Positions 32,101-42,940 are shown, counted from the stretch's first letter. The stretch: 64,000 bases of DNA from Candidatus Parcubacteria bacterium (GCA_018669975.1 JABHSK010000001.1:24394-88393); one strand, 5' to 3'. Made by a program: numbers and translations. Notes: generated by a model from the letters alone, not told the origin.

Positions 32101-32129
32101 TTGACAAAAACACCAAAATATTGTATATT
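32101..32129 (+). promoter_or_regulatory. Sigma-70-type promoter for RNase P RNA (TTGACA, 17-nt spacer, TATATT).
   Basis: Consensus -35 and near-consensus -10 with ideal spacing, about 15 nt upstream of the rnpB P1. Confidence 0.6.
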
Positions 32130-32144
32130 CATGCTGAAAGGTCT

Positions 32145-32477
32145 AAATTGACTAAGATGATCGCCTCACCTTTGGTGAGGAGGAAAGTCCGAACACCATA
32201 AAAAGGGTAGTTGGTAACGCCAACCGTCCTGAGAGAAATCGAAGGATAGGACAAGTGCAACAGAAAGTATACCGCCTGCAAAGGTAAGGGTGAAAATGTG
32301 GGGTAAGAGCCCACACGTTTATGTGGTGACACATAGAATGAGGTAAACTTCTACCTGGTGAAAGACTAAGTAGGTTTCGTAATGCTACGAAACGGGTAAG
32401 TCGCTTGAGCTTATAAGCAATTGTAAGCCTAGATAGATGATCATCCTTAGACAGAATTCGGCTTATGAGGTCAATTT
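32145..32477 (+). ncRNA. rnpB: RNase P RNA, bacterial type A.
   Basis: Universal motifs GGAGGAAAGUCCG, GGUAACGCC, AGUGCAACAGAAAG, GGUAAGGGUGAAA.GUGGGGUAAGAGCCCAC, GCUUGAGC, CCUAGAUAGAUGA and ACAGAAUUCGGCUUAU. A P1 helix forms between aaattgac and gtcaattt. Confidence 0.9.
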
Positions 32478-32571
32478 AGACCTTTTTAGATACCCAAAAA
32501 TCTGTTTGACATCAATAAATATCTATGACAATATATTTAAAAGTTATTGTACACTAAAAAAGGAGAAATAA

Positions 32572-32895
32572 ATGAAGCCAAGTTTCCCTGCTCCCTGTAG
32601 CATAATCACAATCGAGAATAACAAAGTTATTCAGATCGAAAGATGGTGCAAAATAGGAGAAGAGTCTGTTCGTTTTTTAATCCTCTATCAGGACAAACAA
32701 GGCTATGTCTGTTCTAGTGGTAGAGATAAACATCAAATCACTCGAATGAGTAAAGAATTAAAAACAGCCGTATCTGCTTTGGCTGAATTCTTACAAAATT
32801 GCTTTATTGAAGCTTTCAAACTTGATGATCCTGATCAGGAAAAAATAGACGAAATCTTCACCTTTCCTAAATATCAAATAATTTACAAAGAGTAA
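32572..32895 (+). CDS. Hypothetical 107-aa protein, a standalone plus-strand gene with its own promoter and terminator.
   Basis: Upstream TTGACA promoter-like sequence and SD GGAGAAATAA; downstream hairpin plus T-run. Confidence 0.5.
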   Translation: MKPSFPAPCSIITIENNKVIQIERWCKIGEESVRFLILYQDKQGYVCSSGRDKHQITRMSKELKTAVSALAEFLQNCFIEAFKLDDPDQEKIDEIFTFPKYQIIYKE

Positions 32896-32925
32896 CCCCA
32901 CTTGAGCACACTCAATTCGGGGTTT

Positions 32926-34023
32926 TTATTTTATGATAAAATCAAGGGTTTCTCTTGCTGTTTTTTCCCAAGAAAATTTTTGACACTGCTGGTGTCCCTT
33001 ATTTATCAAATCTTTTCTAAGATCACTACTCTTGATTATTTTCTCTATTTTATTTTTGATATCATCTACATTATCAGGATTAAAATATACAGCCGCATCC
33101 CCTGCCACTTCCCGCAAAACCGATAAATCTGAGCAAGCTACTGGTATACCCACACCCATAGCCTCTAAAACAGGGATGCCAAAGCCCTCAAACTTTGATG
33201 GAAAAGCAAATAAACTAGCCGCTCCTAAAAGTTTGGTATAATTCTGCTGACTAATATAACCCAAAATAATAACATCGTTTTTCAAATCATCTGTACCAGC
33301 TAATTCTTCTATTTGTTTATATCCAAAATTACCAGCTCTACCTGCTAACACCAATGGCCAGCTACGATCAGTTTTTTGGTAGGCACGAATTAAATTAACA
33401 ATATTTTTTTTAGCCTCCAGACGACCAATATATAAAATAAACTTATCTGGCAAATTATAATGATCCCTTATCTTTTCTTGATCACTTAATTCTACTGGCT
33501 TAAAATCTTTTTTATCCCAACCATGATAAATAACTTTTATTTTTGATTCGGCATCAGGATAAAACTTAATTATATCTTTTTTAGTAGCTTCTGAAGGAGC
33601 AATAATCTTATCTGCTTTTTTAATAGTTAATCGATGAGAAACTTTTTGATAAACCCTTTCAATTGGATGATACAATTCTGGATTATTTAAAAATCCTAAG
33701 TCATGGATAGTGGCTGTTACTTCACCACTAGTAAATAATGGTGCTGCATTGCTAGCAAAAAATTTATCTACTGGATATTTTGACAATTCAAAACCAAGGC
33801 GAATATGTGTCCAAAACTTACCAAAAGGCCACTTTAATCTTTTTAATAAAAAATTAGCCGGAACCTCTTGTAGGTCATCGGCTAAAAAATCATTATAATA
33901 AACAACAAACTTGTTGTTGGGATCTATCTTTTTAAATTGTTGAAGCATATGCCACGCATACCATTCAGTGCCTGTTTTTTTAACCTTATTAGCACGACTT
34001 GCTTCTAAGCCTATAGTAAACAT
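32926..34023 (-). CDS. Glycosyltransferase family 4.
   Basis: SKFEGFGIPVLEAMGVGIPV motif. Confidence 0.7.
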   Translation of the reverse strand: MFTIGLEASRANKVKKTGTEWYAWHMLQQFKKIDPNNKFVVYYNDFLADDLQEVPANFLLKRLKWPFGKFWTHIRLGFELSKYPVDKFFASNAAPLFTSGEVTATIHDLGFLNNPELYHPIERVYQKVSHRLTIKKADKIIAPSEATKKDIIKFYPDAESKIKVIYHGWDKKDFKPVELSDQEKIRDHYNLPDKFILYIGRLEAKKNIVNLIRAYQKTDRSWPLVLAGRAGNFGYKQIEELAGTDDLKNDVIILGYISQQNYTKLLGAASLFAFPSKFEGFGIPVLEAMGVGIPVACSDLSVLREVAGDAAVYFNPDNVDDIKNKIEKIIKSSDLRKDLINKGHQQCQKFSWEKTARETLDFIIK

Positions 34024-35036
34024 TATTTTGCAGATAAAATACTTCTTTTGTACGACTCCAGATTTTCCAAAGCAATACCAGTACCTCTAGCCACACATAA
34101 AAGTGAATCATCTGCAACGTAAGCAGGAACTCCAGTTGCCTGTGATAAAAGCTTATCCATATTACGAAGCAAAGATGTGCCACCTGACAATACCATACCC
34201 TTATCCATAATATCAGCGGATAATTCAGGCGGTGTTTGATACAAGACAGACTTTACTGCTGAAATCAAACCCTGCAATTCATTTTGCAAAGCTTCGGTGA
34301 CATCATCAGAGTTTACTTTGACAGTACGTGGTAAACCAGTAATCATGTCACGTCCTTTAATATCCATTTCAAGCTTTTCTCCTTTTGGTAAATACTGAGC
34401 AGAGCCAATTTTTATCTTTACTTCCTCAGCAGTTCTCTCTCCAATAGCCAAATTATATTTCTTTTTAATAAACTCTCCAATAGCAACATCATATTTATTA
34501 CCACCGATTCTAACTGAAGTGTTAGCTACTACTCCACCTAAGGATATAACCGCTATCTCACTAGTACCACCACCCATATCTACTATCATATGTCCTGAAG
34601 CACTACCAATGGGTATATCTGCACCAATCGCGGCTGCGATGGGCTCTTTAATAATATAGGCAGCTTTAGCACCAGCATTCAGAGTAGCATCGATAACAGC
34701 TCTTCTTTCCGTAGAGGTAATACCTGCTGGTACAGCAATCATAACTTCTGGACGAAATATTTTCATACCACCAACAGCCTTGTTAATAAAATATTTCAAC
34801 ATGCTTTCAGTTGTTTTATAATCTGCAATTACACCATTTTTTAATGGACGAGATGCAACAATAGAGTCTGGAGTGCGCCCAATCATTTCTTTGGCTTCAT
34901 CACCGACGGATAAAACTTTTTTATCAAATACAGAAATAGCCACTACAGATGGCTCATTAATTACTATACCGCGCTTGGGAATATACACTAATGTATAGGT
35001 GGTGCCCAAATCAATTCCTATTTTTTTGATAAACAT
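34023..35036 (-). CDS. mreB: MreB-like actin homolog (first of two MreB paralogs).
   Basis: IGIDLGTTYTLVYI, DMGGGTSEIAVIS and the actin-fold phosphate motifs. Confidence 0.8.
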   Translation of the reverse strand: MFIKKIGIDLGTTYTLVYIPKRGIVINEPSVVAISVFDKKVLSVGDEAKEMIGRTPDSIVASRPLKNGVIADYKTTESMLKYFINKAVGGMKIFRPEVMIAVPAGITSTERRAVIDATLNAGAKAAYIIKEPIAAAIGADIPIGSASGHMIVDMGGGTSEIAVISLGGVVANTSVRIGGNKYDVAIGEFIKKKYNLAIGERTAEEVKIKIGSAQYLPKGEKLEMDIKGRDMITGLPRTVKVNSDDVTEALQNELQGLISAVKSVLYQTPPELSADIMDKGMVLSGGTSLLRNMDKLLSQATGVPAYVADDSLLCVARGTGIALENLESYKRSILSAK

Positions 35037-35495
35037 TTATTTTATATCCAATATTTTATAAGTTACTTCGCCGGCTGGTAATTTAATTTCTACTGCATCA
35101 CCAACTGCTTTACCCAGCAGGGCATCTCCTATTGGTGACTCCAACGAAATCTTACTGTTAACTGGATCAGCTTCTGTGCTGCCCACAATAAAAAAACGTT
35201 GCTCCTGTCCATTTTTATCAACGGTCACCTCACAACCAACAGAAACTATGCCTGCTTGGGGATTTTTTTCAGCAAGTACGCAAGTTTTAATTAAGTATTC
35301 CAATTCTAAAATCCTACCTTCTACAAAAGCTTGTTCTTCTTTTGCGTCTTGGTATTCAGCATTCTCTGACAAGTCACCAAACTCTTTGGCTAACTTGATA
35401 CGATCAGCTACCTCGTGTTTCTTTGTGTTTTTTAAGTAGTCCAGTTCTTCCTGGGCTTTACTTAGACCTTCTTTGGTCAATACTTTACTTTCCAT
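35037..35495 (-). CDS. greA: Transcription elongation factor GreA.
   Basis: LTKEGLSKAQEELDYLK, coiled coil plus FKBP-like C-terminus. Confidence 0.85.
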   Translation of the reverse strand: MESKVLTKEGLSKAQEELDYLKNTKKHEVADRIKLAKEFGDLSENAEYQDAKEEQAFVEGRILELEYLIKTCVLAEKNPQAGIVSVGCEVTVDKNGQEQRFFIVGSTEADPVNSKISLESPIGDALLGKAVGDAVEIKLPAGEVTYKILDIK

Positions 35496-35542
35496 AGTTT
35501 ATTTATTTTTTGTTTTATAAATACAAATTATATCATAACAAA

Positions 35543-37447
35543 TTATTTAGAAAAATACCACTCCATAAACTCCCTAACAATAGTGACTGCCAAGCCTCTG
35601 TCTCCACCTTCTTCAACTAAGGCTACTACCACAATTTTGGCATCGTCATAGGGAGCAAATGCGGCAAACCAAGAATGAGGTGTTTTGTTGCGGTTAAACT
35701 GGGCCGTACCTGTTTTTCCAGCAACTTTTACCGGTACAGACTGTAAACTTTGAGCAGTACCATCGGTAACAGCCATCCTCAAACCCCTTCTTATAGTATT
35801 TAAGTTATCAGATGAAATAATATTCGTCAAAGCTATCTGAGGCTCAATAACGGTAATATTCTGATTTTCTGTAGTTTCCTTAACAAAATGGGGCTGATAG
35901 GCTGTGCCATCATTGGCAAAATAGGACATTAACACTCCTGCTTGTAGTGGTGTAGATAGCATGTAACCCTGACCAATAGACAGATTATAGGTATCACCTA
36001 AATACCATCTTTCTCCAAAGGTTTCTTGTTTCCAGTCTTTACTCGGTAAAAAACCATCCACCTCACCAGTCAAATCAATGTTTGTCACCGTGCCTAATCC
36101 AAATTTTTGAGCATAGGCAACTATTTTGTCAGCTCCCAAACCTAAACTGAGCCATTGATTATTACCACCGCCAATTGAGTAAAAGAAAGTGTTAACTGAA
36201 TCTGCTAAGGCCCAATAAATATCAGTTAGCCCATGACCACTTAATCGCCAGTCTGGAAAAAAACTATTACCAACCTCTATACCCCCTGTACTACGCACTG
36301 TAAAATTTCTATCAATTACTCCCTCTTCTAGAGCAGCGGAAGCAACGATGGTTTTAAAAATCGAGCCCATGGGATAAGCACCGCCTATAACTCTATTTAA
36401 TAAGGGTTTATTTTCATCATTAATAATTTTGTTATAATCTTCCTTATTTAAAATAGTTGTAAAAATATTACTATCAAAAGTCGGCAAACTACCCATGGCT
36501 AACACTCCTCCATCCTCTACATCAAGAACCACTGCTGCCATCTTGGGTAAATCATAACGAGCAGCATTATCAAGCATAATCTGATGCAATTTTTCTTGAG
36601 CTTTAGAATCTATTGTTAAAACTAGTTCTCCGCCATCCTCTGGATCACTCATAGACAAAATACTCTTTTCTCTAAATAAAGCGTCTACTTCTATTTCTCT
36701 GATCCCATCCCTTCCTTTGAGAGTAGTCTCATACATGTACTCTAGACCAGTTTTACCAATACGATCGTTAAAACCATAGCGACGGTCTTTAATATCCTCA
36801 TCGGTAACAGCGCCTAAGAAACCAATCATGTGTGACATGCCCAAATTTTCTAAATATTGACGCCTCGGCTCATGTCGAACATTAAGACTAGGTTGCTCTT
36901 CTGATAAAATCATCAATCTAATGGCCGCCTCATATGAAACATTTTCATAAACCAAAACTTTGTCTGCCTCAACGTTGCCCTCCTCTATTCTAATCTCTAT
37001 TTCACCTTCCTCTAACTCTAAAATTTTACTAACCTCATTAAACATCTTTTGTTTAGCTAGTTCATCCTCTGGTATGGCAGCTGGTACTATATATAAGAAA
37101 AAATAAGATATATTTTTTACCATTAAATTACCAAAACGATCATAAATAAGCCCTCGATTGGCCTTAATAACATCTGAACGAATACGATTGCCTTCTGCTA
37201 CATCACGATAATAGGACCCCCTAATCATTTGCAAATATACTGCCCTAGTAAATAAAACAAATAACAACACACTAAAAAGTAAGAATAAAATTCTAATTCT
37301 TTCATTAGAAAAAAATCTTCCCAGTTGTTGAGATTTTCCTACATCATCAACATTTAGATAGTCACCACTATTCCTATCATTAAGAAAATTATTTATACTA
37401 GAGTCGCGTACAGAACCCTCTTGAATTTTAAAAGGATTGTCTTTCAT
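35543..37447 (-). CDS. mrdA: Penicillin-binding protein 2 (elongasome transpeptidase).
   Basis: SxxK (SIFK), SxN and KTG (KTGTAQ) motifs; N-terminal TM helix. Confidence 0.85.
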   Translation of the reverse strand: MKDNPFKIQEGSVRDSSINNFLNDRNSGDYLNVDDVGKSQQLGRFFSNERIRILFLLFSVLLFVLFTRAVYLQMIRGSYYRDVAEGNRIRSDVIKANRGLIYDRFGNLMVKNISYFFLYIVPAAIPEDELAKQKMFNEVSKILELEEGEIEIRIEEGNVEADKVLVYENVSYEAAIRLMILSEEQPSLNVRHEPRRQYLENLGMSHMIGFLGAVTDEDIKDRRYGFNDRIGKTGLEYMYETTLKGRDGIREIEVDALFREKSILSMSDPEDGGELVLTIDSKAQEKLHQIMLDNAARYDLPKMAAVVLDVEDGGVLAMGSLPTFDSNIFTTILNKEDYNKIINDENKPLLNRVIGGAYPMGSIFKTIVASAALEEGVIDRNFTVRSTGGIEVGNSFFPDWRLSGHGLTDIYWALADSVNTFFYSIGGGNNQWLSLGLGADKIVAYAQKFGLGTVTNIDLTGEVDGFLPSKDWKQETFGERWYLGDTYNLSIGQGYMLSTPLQAGVLMSYFANDGTAYQPHFVKETTENQNITVIEPQIALTNIISSDNLNTIRRGLRMAVTDGTAQSLQSVPVKVAGKTGTAQFNRNKTPHSWFAAFAPYDDAKIVVVALVEEGGDRGLAVTIVREFMEWYFSK

Positions 37448-37928
37448 GTTTCTTTGTGTGTAAATTGAAATACAATAAATGCAAAAAAATAACCACCCCT
37501 ATGTTTACTAGAAACATCTTCAACATAGGCATAAACATTTGTTTTTGAAATGTATACAGTTCCCAGCTAAACATAAAATTGGCTAAATAAAATAATAACC
37601 AAAAAATAACAAAAGCTAGAATAGTCAACAAAATAATTGTTAAAATATTTTTTGAGGTTAGAATGGTTAATTGTAAACTACGCAATATAAAAATTATGAT
37701 TAAAAAAATAATAGTATGTAAACCAAATACTCCTGTAAATGAGTCGACAAATAAACCAGCTAGAAAAGCAAAACCATAATAAACCCAGCGTTCTTCCGTA
37801 TTATAATAAGCCAACAAGGTGACTATCAAAAATGGCTGCACGTATTGCCAACCATTATCATAAAAATTTAGTACGGTAAAAAAATAAACCGCCACCAAAA
37901 ATATTAACATTAAAAGTAAATACCTCAT
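37428..37928 (-). CDS. mreD: Rod shape-determining protein MreD.
   Basis: Small polytopic membrane protein between mreC and mrdA. Confidence 0.6.
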   Translation of the reverse strand: MRYLLLMLIFLVAVYFFTVLNFYDNGWQYVQPFLIVTLLAYYNTEERWVYYGFAFLAGLFVDSFTGVFGLHTIIFLIIIFILRSLQLTILTSKNILTIILLTILAFVIFWLLFYLANFMFSWELYTFQKQMFMPMLKMFLVNIGVVIFLHLLYFNLHTKKHERQSF

Positions 37929-38665
37929 AATGAGTCTATCACTGCTACTATAGATAAAGTATTATAATCAACTATTGGTGATATAGACGCCTCCTTAAAT
38001 AATTCTTCCTGTGAAAAGTTAACCTCCTCAACCACACCAACAACCAATCCTGGCGGAATATTAACATCTAAATCGGCTGTAACTACTAAATCGTTCTTTT
38101 TAATTTCGTGATCCTGGGGAACATAATTCAGGTTCATAGTTAAACCCAAAGAACCAGTCAACAAACCAGAGACTTTTAAACCCTTACCTGTTTTGATTGC
38201 TAATTTACTAAAATTATCAGCTAACAACCTAACCTTGGAAGAATCTATACCAACATCAATAACTTTACCAACGATTATACCATTGTTGATTACTACGGCC
38301 TGGCCAAGCTCTATATTTTGTCCTCTGCCAGCATCTATAATCAAAATATTACGATTAGCTGGATCACGACTCAATATATTAGCTACCACCAAGCTGTATT
38401 CTTTTTCTTTTTTAAAAGATAATAATTCTTTAAGTTGTTGATTCTCCTCAGCTAGTGTTTTTAATCGGTTGTTCTCTGCTAAAAGGTTTTTATATTCTTC
38501 TTCTAAATTGTCTGGTTTAGTCAACAAACTATTGATAGCGCTCTGCGGAGCCAACCAAGATCTAAAAACTACCCCTAAATCAAAAATTTGCCCATTTTTA
38601 AATAAAATAAGTAGGGCAATTATTACCAAAAACAGTAAAAAAATTTTTAGGTTTTGTCTAAGCAT
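37925..38665 (-). CDS. mreC: Rod shape-determining protein MreC.
   Basis: N-terminal TM helix, coiled coil (ENNRLKTLAEENQQLKEL), beta-rich C-terminus. Confidence 0.75.
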   Translation of the reverse strand: MLRQNLKIFLLFLVIIALLILFKNGQIFDLGVVFRSWLAPQSAINSLLTKPDNLEEEYKNLLAENNRLKTLAEENQQLKELLSFKKEKEYSLVVANILSRDPANRNILIIDAGRGQNIELGQAVVINNGIIVGKVIDVGIDSSKVRLLADNFSKLAIKTGKGLKVSGLLTGSLGLTMNLNYVPQDHEIKKNDLVVTADLDVNIPPGLVVGVVEEVNFSQEELFKEASISPIVDYNTLSIVAVIDSL

Positions 38666-38674
38666 AGTCTAAGT

Positions 38675-39727
38675 TTAGCTTAAACCTGAATCTTTTGTTG
38701 AAGGCAAAATGATATCTTTCAAATTATTAAGATCATCCAGTACTTTACCAGTACCACGTACTACTGCTGTCAACGGCTCATCAGTAATATGTACTGGCAT
38801 TTTTGTCTCTTGAGATATCAAAGTATCCAAACCTCTAAGTAAGGCTCCACCACCGGTAAGAACCATGCCTTTTTCATATAAATCCGCTACTAATTCTGGA
38901 GGTGTGTTCTCAATAGTAGCTTTGATGTTATCCACTATTAATTTAATTGGTTTAGTAATTGCCTCCCGTATATTAGAATCTGTTATTTTTATTTCTTTTG
39001 GTAAACCAGTAAGTAAATCACGACCTCTCATAATAGTCTCTATGGGTTCATTTAAAGGCAAGACAGATGCGGTTTGAATCTTTATTTTTTCTGCGGTACG
39101 TTCTCCTAATAAAATATTAAATTTATCACGAGCATATTGAATAATTGCTTCATTAAGTTTATCGCCAGCCAGCTTAAGTGCTTTCCAGGAAACAACCCCA
39201 CCTAAAGAAATAACAGCTATTTCAGTAGTACCACCACCAATATCTACTATCATACTACCAGTGGCCTCCTGAATCGGTAAGCCAGCCCCAATAGCAGAAG
39301 CCATTGGCTCCTCAATCAACAGAACTTGAGAGGCACCAGCACCCATGACAGCGTCTTCAACAGCCTTTCTCTCTACTTCTGTCACATCCAATGGAATAGC
39401 AATTACCACCCTTGGTCGAGGCATAAGAGTAAAAGACTCACGATGTACTTTTTCAATAAAGTGCTTAATCATTTTTTCTGAAACTTCAAAATCAGAAATA
39501 ACACCATCAATCAAAGGACGAGTAACCGAAATATGCGTTGGTGTTTTTCCAAGCATAATTTTGGCATCTTCACCAACAGCCAAAATCTTTTCGTTCCTAT
39601 TATTAATAGCAACCACTGAAGGCTCATTGATCACAATGCCCTGCTCTCGGACATAAACCAAAGTATTGGCCGTTCCTAGGTCAATACCCATATCTTTAGA
39701 AAAGTTTTTAAAAAATTTCTTTATCAT
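38675..39727 (-). CDS. mreB: Rod shape-determining protein MreB.
   Basis: MGIDLGTANTLVYV, DIGGGTTEIAVIS; heads the mreBCD operon. Confidence 0.9.
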   Translation of the reverse strand: MIKKFFKNFSKDMGIDLGTANTLVYVREQGIVINEPSVVAINNRNEKILAVGEDAKIMLGKTPTHISVTRPLIDGVISDFEVSEKMIKHFIEKVHRESFTLMPRPRVVIAIPLDVTEVERKAVEDAVMGAGASQVLLIEEPMASAIGAGLPIQEATGSMIVDIGGGTTEIAVISLGGVVSWKALKLAGDKLNEAIIQYARDKFNILLGERTAEKIKIQTASVLPLNEPIETIMRGRDLLTGLPKEIKITDSNIREAITKPIKLIVDNIKATIENTPPELVADLYEKGMVLTGGGALLRGLDTLISQETKMPVHITDEPLTAVVRGTGKVLDDLNNLKDIILPSTKDSGLS

Positions 39728-40965
39728 TATTTATAAAACTCATTTAACTTCTTAACTGCTACTGTAAGAGACATTAGTTCTGTTTTATGATCAGCTCGAT
39801 AAATCAACTCTAAATCATCCTGTTTATCACTAACTATCAACTGCCAACATACTCCTATCAAATCTGCGTCTTTTAGCTTCTTGCCAAAGGAGGTGTCCCT
39901 GTCATCATATAATACCTCAAATCCCTTTTTCTGCAAATCTTGATAGACCTTATCTGCCTTTTTACTGTCTTTTTTGGCTAAGTTTAGCAAATGTACATCA
40001 AAAGGAGTTGTGTTCTTAGTCCAAATAATTCCATCCTTGTCATGATTGGCTTCAACTATCGTTCCCATAGCCCTACCTAAACCAATACCATAACAACCCA
40101 TCACAACATCTTTTTGCTGCCCATCTTTATCAGTAAACTTCAAGGACATTTTATTGGAATATTCATTGCCTAAATTAAATATATTACCAGCTTCAACTGT
40201 TTTTTCTTCACTTAACTTTGCACCACATTTAGGACATTTATCACCAGCCTTTTGTTTGGCTATTTCTTTATTCTGAGCCCAAGCACATTTTTCACACAAA
40301 ATTGTTAAATCTTCACCAGCTTCATTTTTTACCATGAACTCATGAGAGAATTTTTTACTGATAGCACCGCCTGATGCCTCAACTGAAAAAGATTCCAAAC
40401 CCATCCGTTGAAAAATTTTTAAATACGCATCATGAGCTCTTTGATAATACTCATCTAGATCTGATTCATCTGTATGAAAACTATATAAATCTTTCATGCC
40501 AAATTCTCTACCACGAAGCAAGCCGGACTTAGCTCTTTTTTCATCCCTAAATTTAGTTTGCATTTGATACAAATAAATTGGCAGGTCTTTATAAGATGTT
40601 AGGTGTTTTTTAACAATATCAACCACCACCTCTTCGTGAGTGGTTCCTAAACCGACAGCTGAACCATGATGATCTTTGAATTGATACATAATTGGCTCCA
40701 TTTCTTCCCAACGCCCTGTTTGTTGCCATAATTCCTTGGCTTGTAAAACAGGCATCAGTATTTCTTGGCCATCAATTGCATTTATTTCTTCACGAATAAT
40801 ATTTTCAATTTTTCTATAAGTCCTAAGACCTAAAGGTAAATAATTATAGACTCCAGCCATCTGTTTTTCTATAAAACCAGCCTTGGTTAATAATTCGGCG
40901 TTAATACTTTTTTCATCCTGACTAATATCACGCCTAGTTTTACCAAATAATTTTGATTGTTTCAT
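39727..40965 (-). CDS. proS: Proline--tRNA ligase (short form lacking the large editing insertion).
   Basis: Class II aaRS motifs and a C-terminal anticodon-binding domain; 412 aa. Confidence 0.8.
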   Translation of the reverse strand: MKQSKLFGKTRRDISQDEKSINAELLTKAGFIEKQMAGVYNYLPLGLRTYRKIENIIREEINAIDGQEILMPVLQAKELWQQTGRWEEMEPIMYQFKDHHGSAVGLGTTHEEVVVDIVKKHLTSYKDLPIYLYQMQTKFRDEKRAKSGLLRGREFGMKDLYSFHTDESDLDEYYQRAHDAYLKIFQRMGLESFSVEASGGAISKKFSHEFMVKNEAGEDLTILCEKCAWAQNKEIAKQKAGDKCPKCGAKLSEEKTVEAGNIFNLGNEYSNKMSLKFTDKDGQQKDVVMGCYGIGLGRAMGTIVEANHDKDGIIWTKNTTPFDVHLLNLAKKDSKKADKVYQDLQKKGFEVLYDDRDTSFGKKLKDADLIGVCWQLIVSDKQDDLELIYRADHKTELMSLTVAVKKLNEFYK

Positions 40966-40968
40966 ATA

Positions 40969-41253
40969 TTATGTATTTATTAAACTAATAATCCGCTGCT
41001 TTTCTTGATCCAACACTTCGGTATCATAATCACCACTGTGTGCTGTATGACCTTCATAGCAGGCACCTTTTTGATCCAGGTGCAGTGAAAACTCCAAGCC
41101 ACTCGGCTTTTCTTTAAGGTAAACATGGAAACGCGGAAATTCATTACTGGACAAACGACGAGCAAAACTCTGATTGCGTTTATGTGGGTGATAACCCAGT
41201 CTACGCATCAGATTGAGATGATTTACCTTTATGTTTTCTAATACAAATTTCAT
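40969..41253 (-). CDS. Hypothetical 94-aa protein.
   Basis: ORF between proS and rseP; no motif recognised. Confidence 0.35.
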   Translation of the reverse strand: MKFVLENIKVNHLNLMRRLGYHPHKRNQSFARRLSSNEFPRFHVYLKEKPSGLEFSLHLDQKGACYEGHTAHSGDYDTEVLDQEKQRIISLINT

Positions 41254-41259
41254 TAGTTT

Positions 41260-42363
41260 TTAGAATAAATTTTTGATAGCAGTCCAAATACCACCACCAT
41301 AACGCATAAAGTCTCTGAAAGTTATAAAGATTATCAAGCCCATCAATAAAATAAAACCTGAATTATGCATCCAACCTTCTACTTTTTCATTTAGTTTGTG
41401 GCCACGAATTTTTTCTATACCCACAAATAACAGTCTACCACCATCTAAAGCTGGAAATGGTAAAATATTAATAACAGCTAAATTAATAGACAAAATAGCC
41501 ATAAATTGCAAGATATAGATCCAGCCCATTTTAACAAATTTACCAGTTAAAACAGCTACACCAACGGGTCCTGAAACTTCAGCTGATAAACGACCCTCGC
41601 TAAATAATGTGCCAATTAAATTGCCAAAAGCTTGAACAATTCTAACTGCCATGATTCCTGTGGCTTTAAGTCCTTGTCCGATGCTCTCAAAAAAACCATA
41701 ACTAACAACTCCTGTATCCAACATGCCAATTCCTACAACTGGCTTTTCATAACCCTCTAAATTGCCTGGTGTTAAATTAATAGTCTTTTCTTCACCAGCT
41801 CTAGCTATCAAAAACTCCATTTCATCATAACGATGCTCATCAATGGCTTCATAAACCATATCTGAGTTTTCCATACTCACGCCATTGACTGTTAAAATCT
41901 CGTCAGTAACCTGTAAATCATTCTCTGCGGCTACACTATTAGAGCTAACCTCAACAATCATAATACTTCTCTGACTGATTTGAACATCCCCCATGTTATC
42001 ACTAAGTGCTTGTGGTAATCCAAAATAAAAACCAACTGACAAAGCAATTATGGCCAACACAAAATTCATACCTACACCAGCTGACAAAATAGCTGCACGT
42101 TTCCAAGCTGCCTGGTTAGCAAAACTGTGTGGATCATCAGCATGATCACCCGATTCACCTTTTATTTTTACAAAACCACCCACCGGAATCAAATTGATAG
42201 AATAAACAATGCCTTTTCTTTTTATAGAAAATAACTTAGGTGGAAAACCAATCGCAAATTCTTCTACGTCTACACCCAATTTTCTAGCAGTAAGAAAATG
42301 ACCTAGTTCATGAACCAGTACTAAAACTCCTAATATTAATACAAACGAAATAAGTGTTATCAT
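41260..42363 (-). CDS. rseP: RIP metalloprotease RseP (site-2 protease with PDZ domain).
   Basis: HELGHF motif, central PDZ-like region, C-terminal TM helices. Confidence 0.8.
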   Translation of the reverse strand: MITLISFVLILGVLVLVHELGHFLTARKLGVDVEEFAIGFPPKLFSIKRKGIVYSINLIPVGGFVKIKGESGDHADDPHSFANQAAWKRAAILSAGVGMNFVLAIIALSVGFYFGLPQALSDNMGDVQISQRSIMIVEVSSNSVAAENDLQVTDEILTVNGVSMENSDMVYEAIDEHRYDEMEFLIARAGEEKTINLTPGNLEGYEKPVVGIGMLDTGVVSYGFFESIGQGLKATGIMAVRIVQAFGNLIGTLFSEGRLSAEVSGPVGVAVLTGKFVKMGWIYILQFMAILSINLAVINILPFPALDGGRLLFVGIEKIRGHKLNEKVEGWMHNSGFILLMGLIIFITFRDFMRYGGGIWTAIKNLF

Positions 42364-42366
42364 AAT

Positions 42367-42921
42367 TTAAATAGTCATTATCTCCTTTTCTTTAGAGTCA
42401 CCAAGTTCTTTGATTTTTTCATTATATTCCTTGGTCATATCATCTAGTTCCTTAAGTGCCTGAAACTTTTCATCCTCTGATATCTCTTTTGATTTTTCTA
42501 ATGAAATAACATCTTCTTTTATCTTCTCACGTTGAGAACGTAAAGCAATTCTAGCTTCTTCTAATTTTTTAGATAAAATTTTCACCAACTCTTTACGGCT
42601 CTCCTCTGTTAGGGATGGAAAATTCAAACGAACAATATCTCCATCAACAATTGGATTAACGTTTAAATCAGACTTTGCTAGAGCCCTTTCTATGTCTTTA
42701 AGTATATTCTTGTCCCAAGGTTTAATACTAATAGTTCGTGGCTCGGGTGTACTGATTGCTGCCAATTGCATCAAATCTGAAGTAGTACCATAGGACTCCA
42801 CTTGTATGGCTTCAACCAAGTTTGGTGCCACCCTACCTGTCCGTAAAGATGAAATATCACCTTGCAAGAATTCCAAAGTCTTTTCGTATTGATCTTTGTT
42901 ATTCTGAACTATGCTATTCAT
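42367..42921 (-). CDS. frr: Ribosome recycling factor.
   Basis: 184 aa with the conserved Frr pattern. Confidence 0.85.
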   Translation of the reverse strand: MNSIVQNNKDQYEKTLEFLQGDISSLRTGRVAPNLVEAIQVESYGTTSDLMQLAAISTPEPRTISIKPWDKNILKDIERALAKSDLNVNPIVDGDIVRLNFPSLTEESRKELVKILSKKLEEARIALRSQREKIKEDVISLEKSKEISEDEKFQALKELDDMTKEYNEKIKELGDSKEKEIMTI

Positions 42922-42940
42922 AAAATTTGTTTAATAATTA

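Noticed and set aside
32129-32334. Two minus-strand ORFs (67 and 60 aa)
   Set aside because: They lie entirely inside the RNase P RNA gene. The region is explained by the ncRNA and the ORFs are artefacts.
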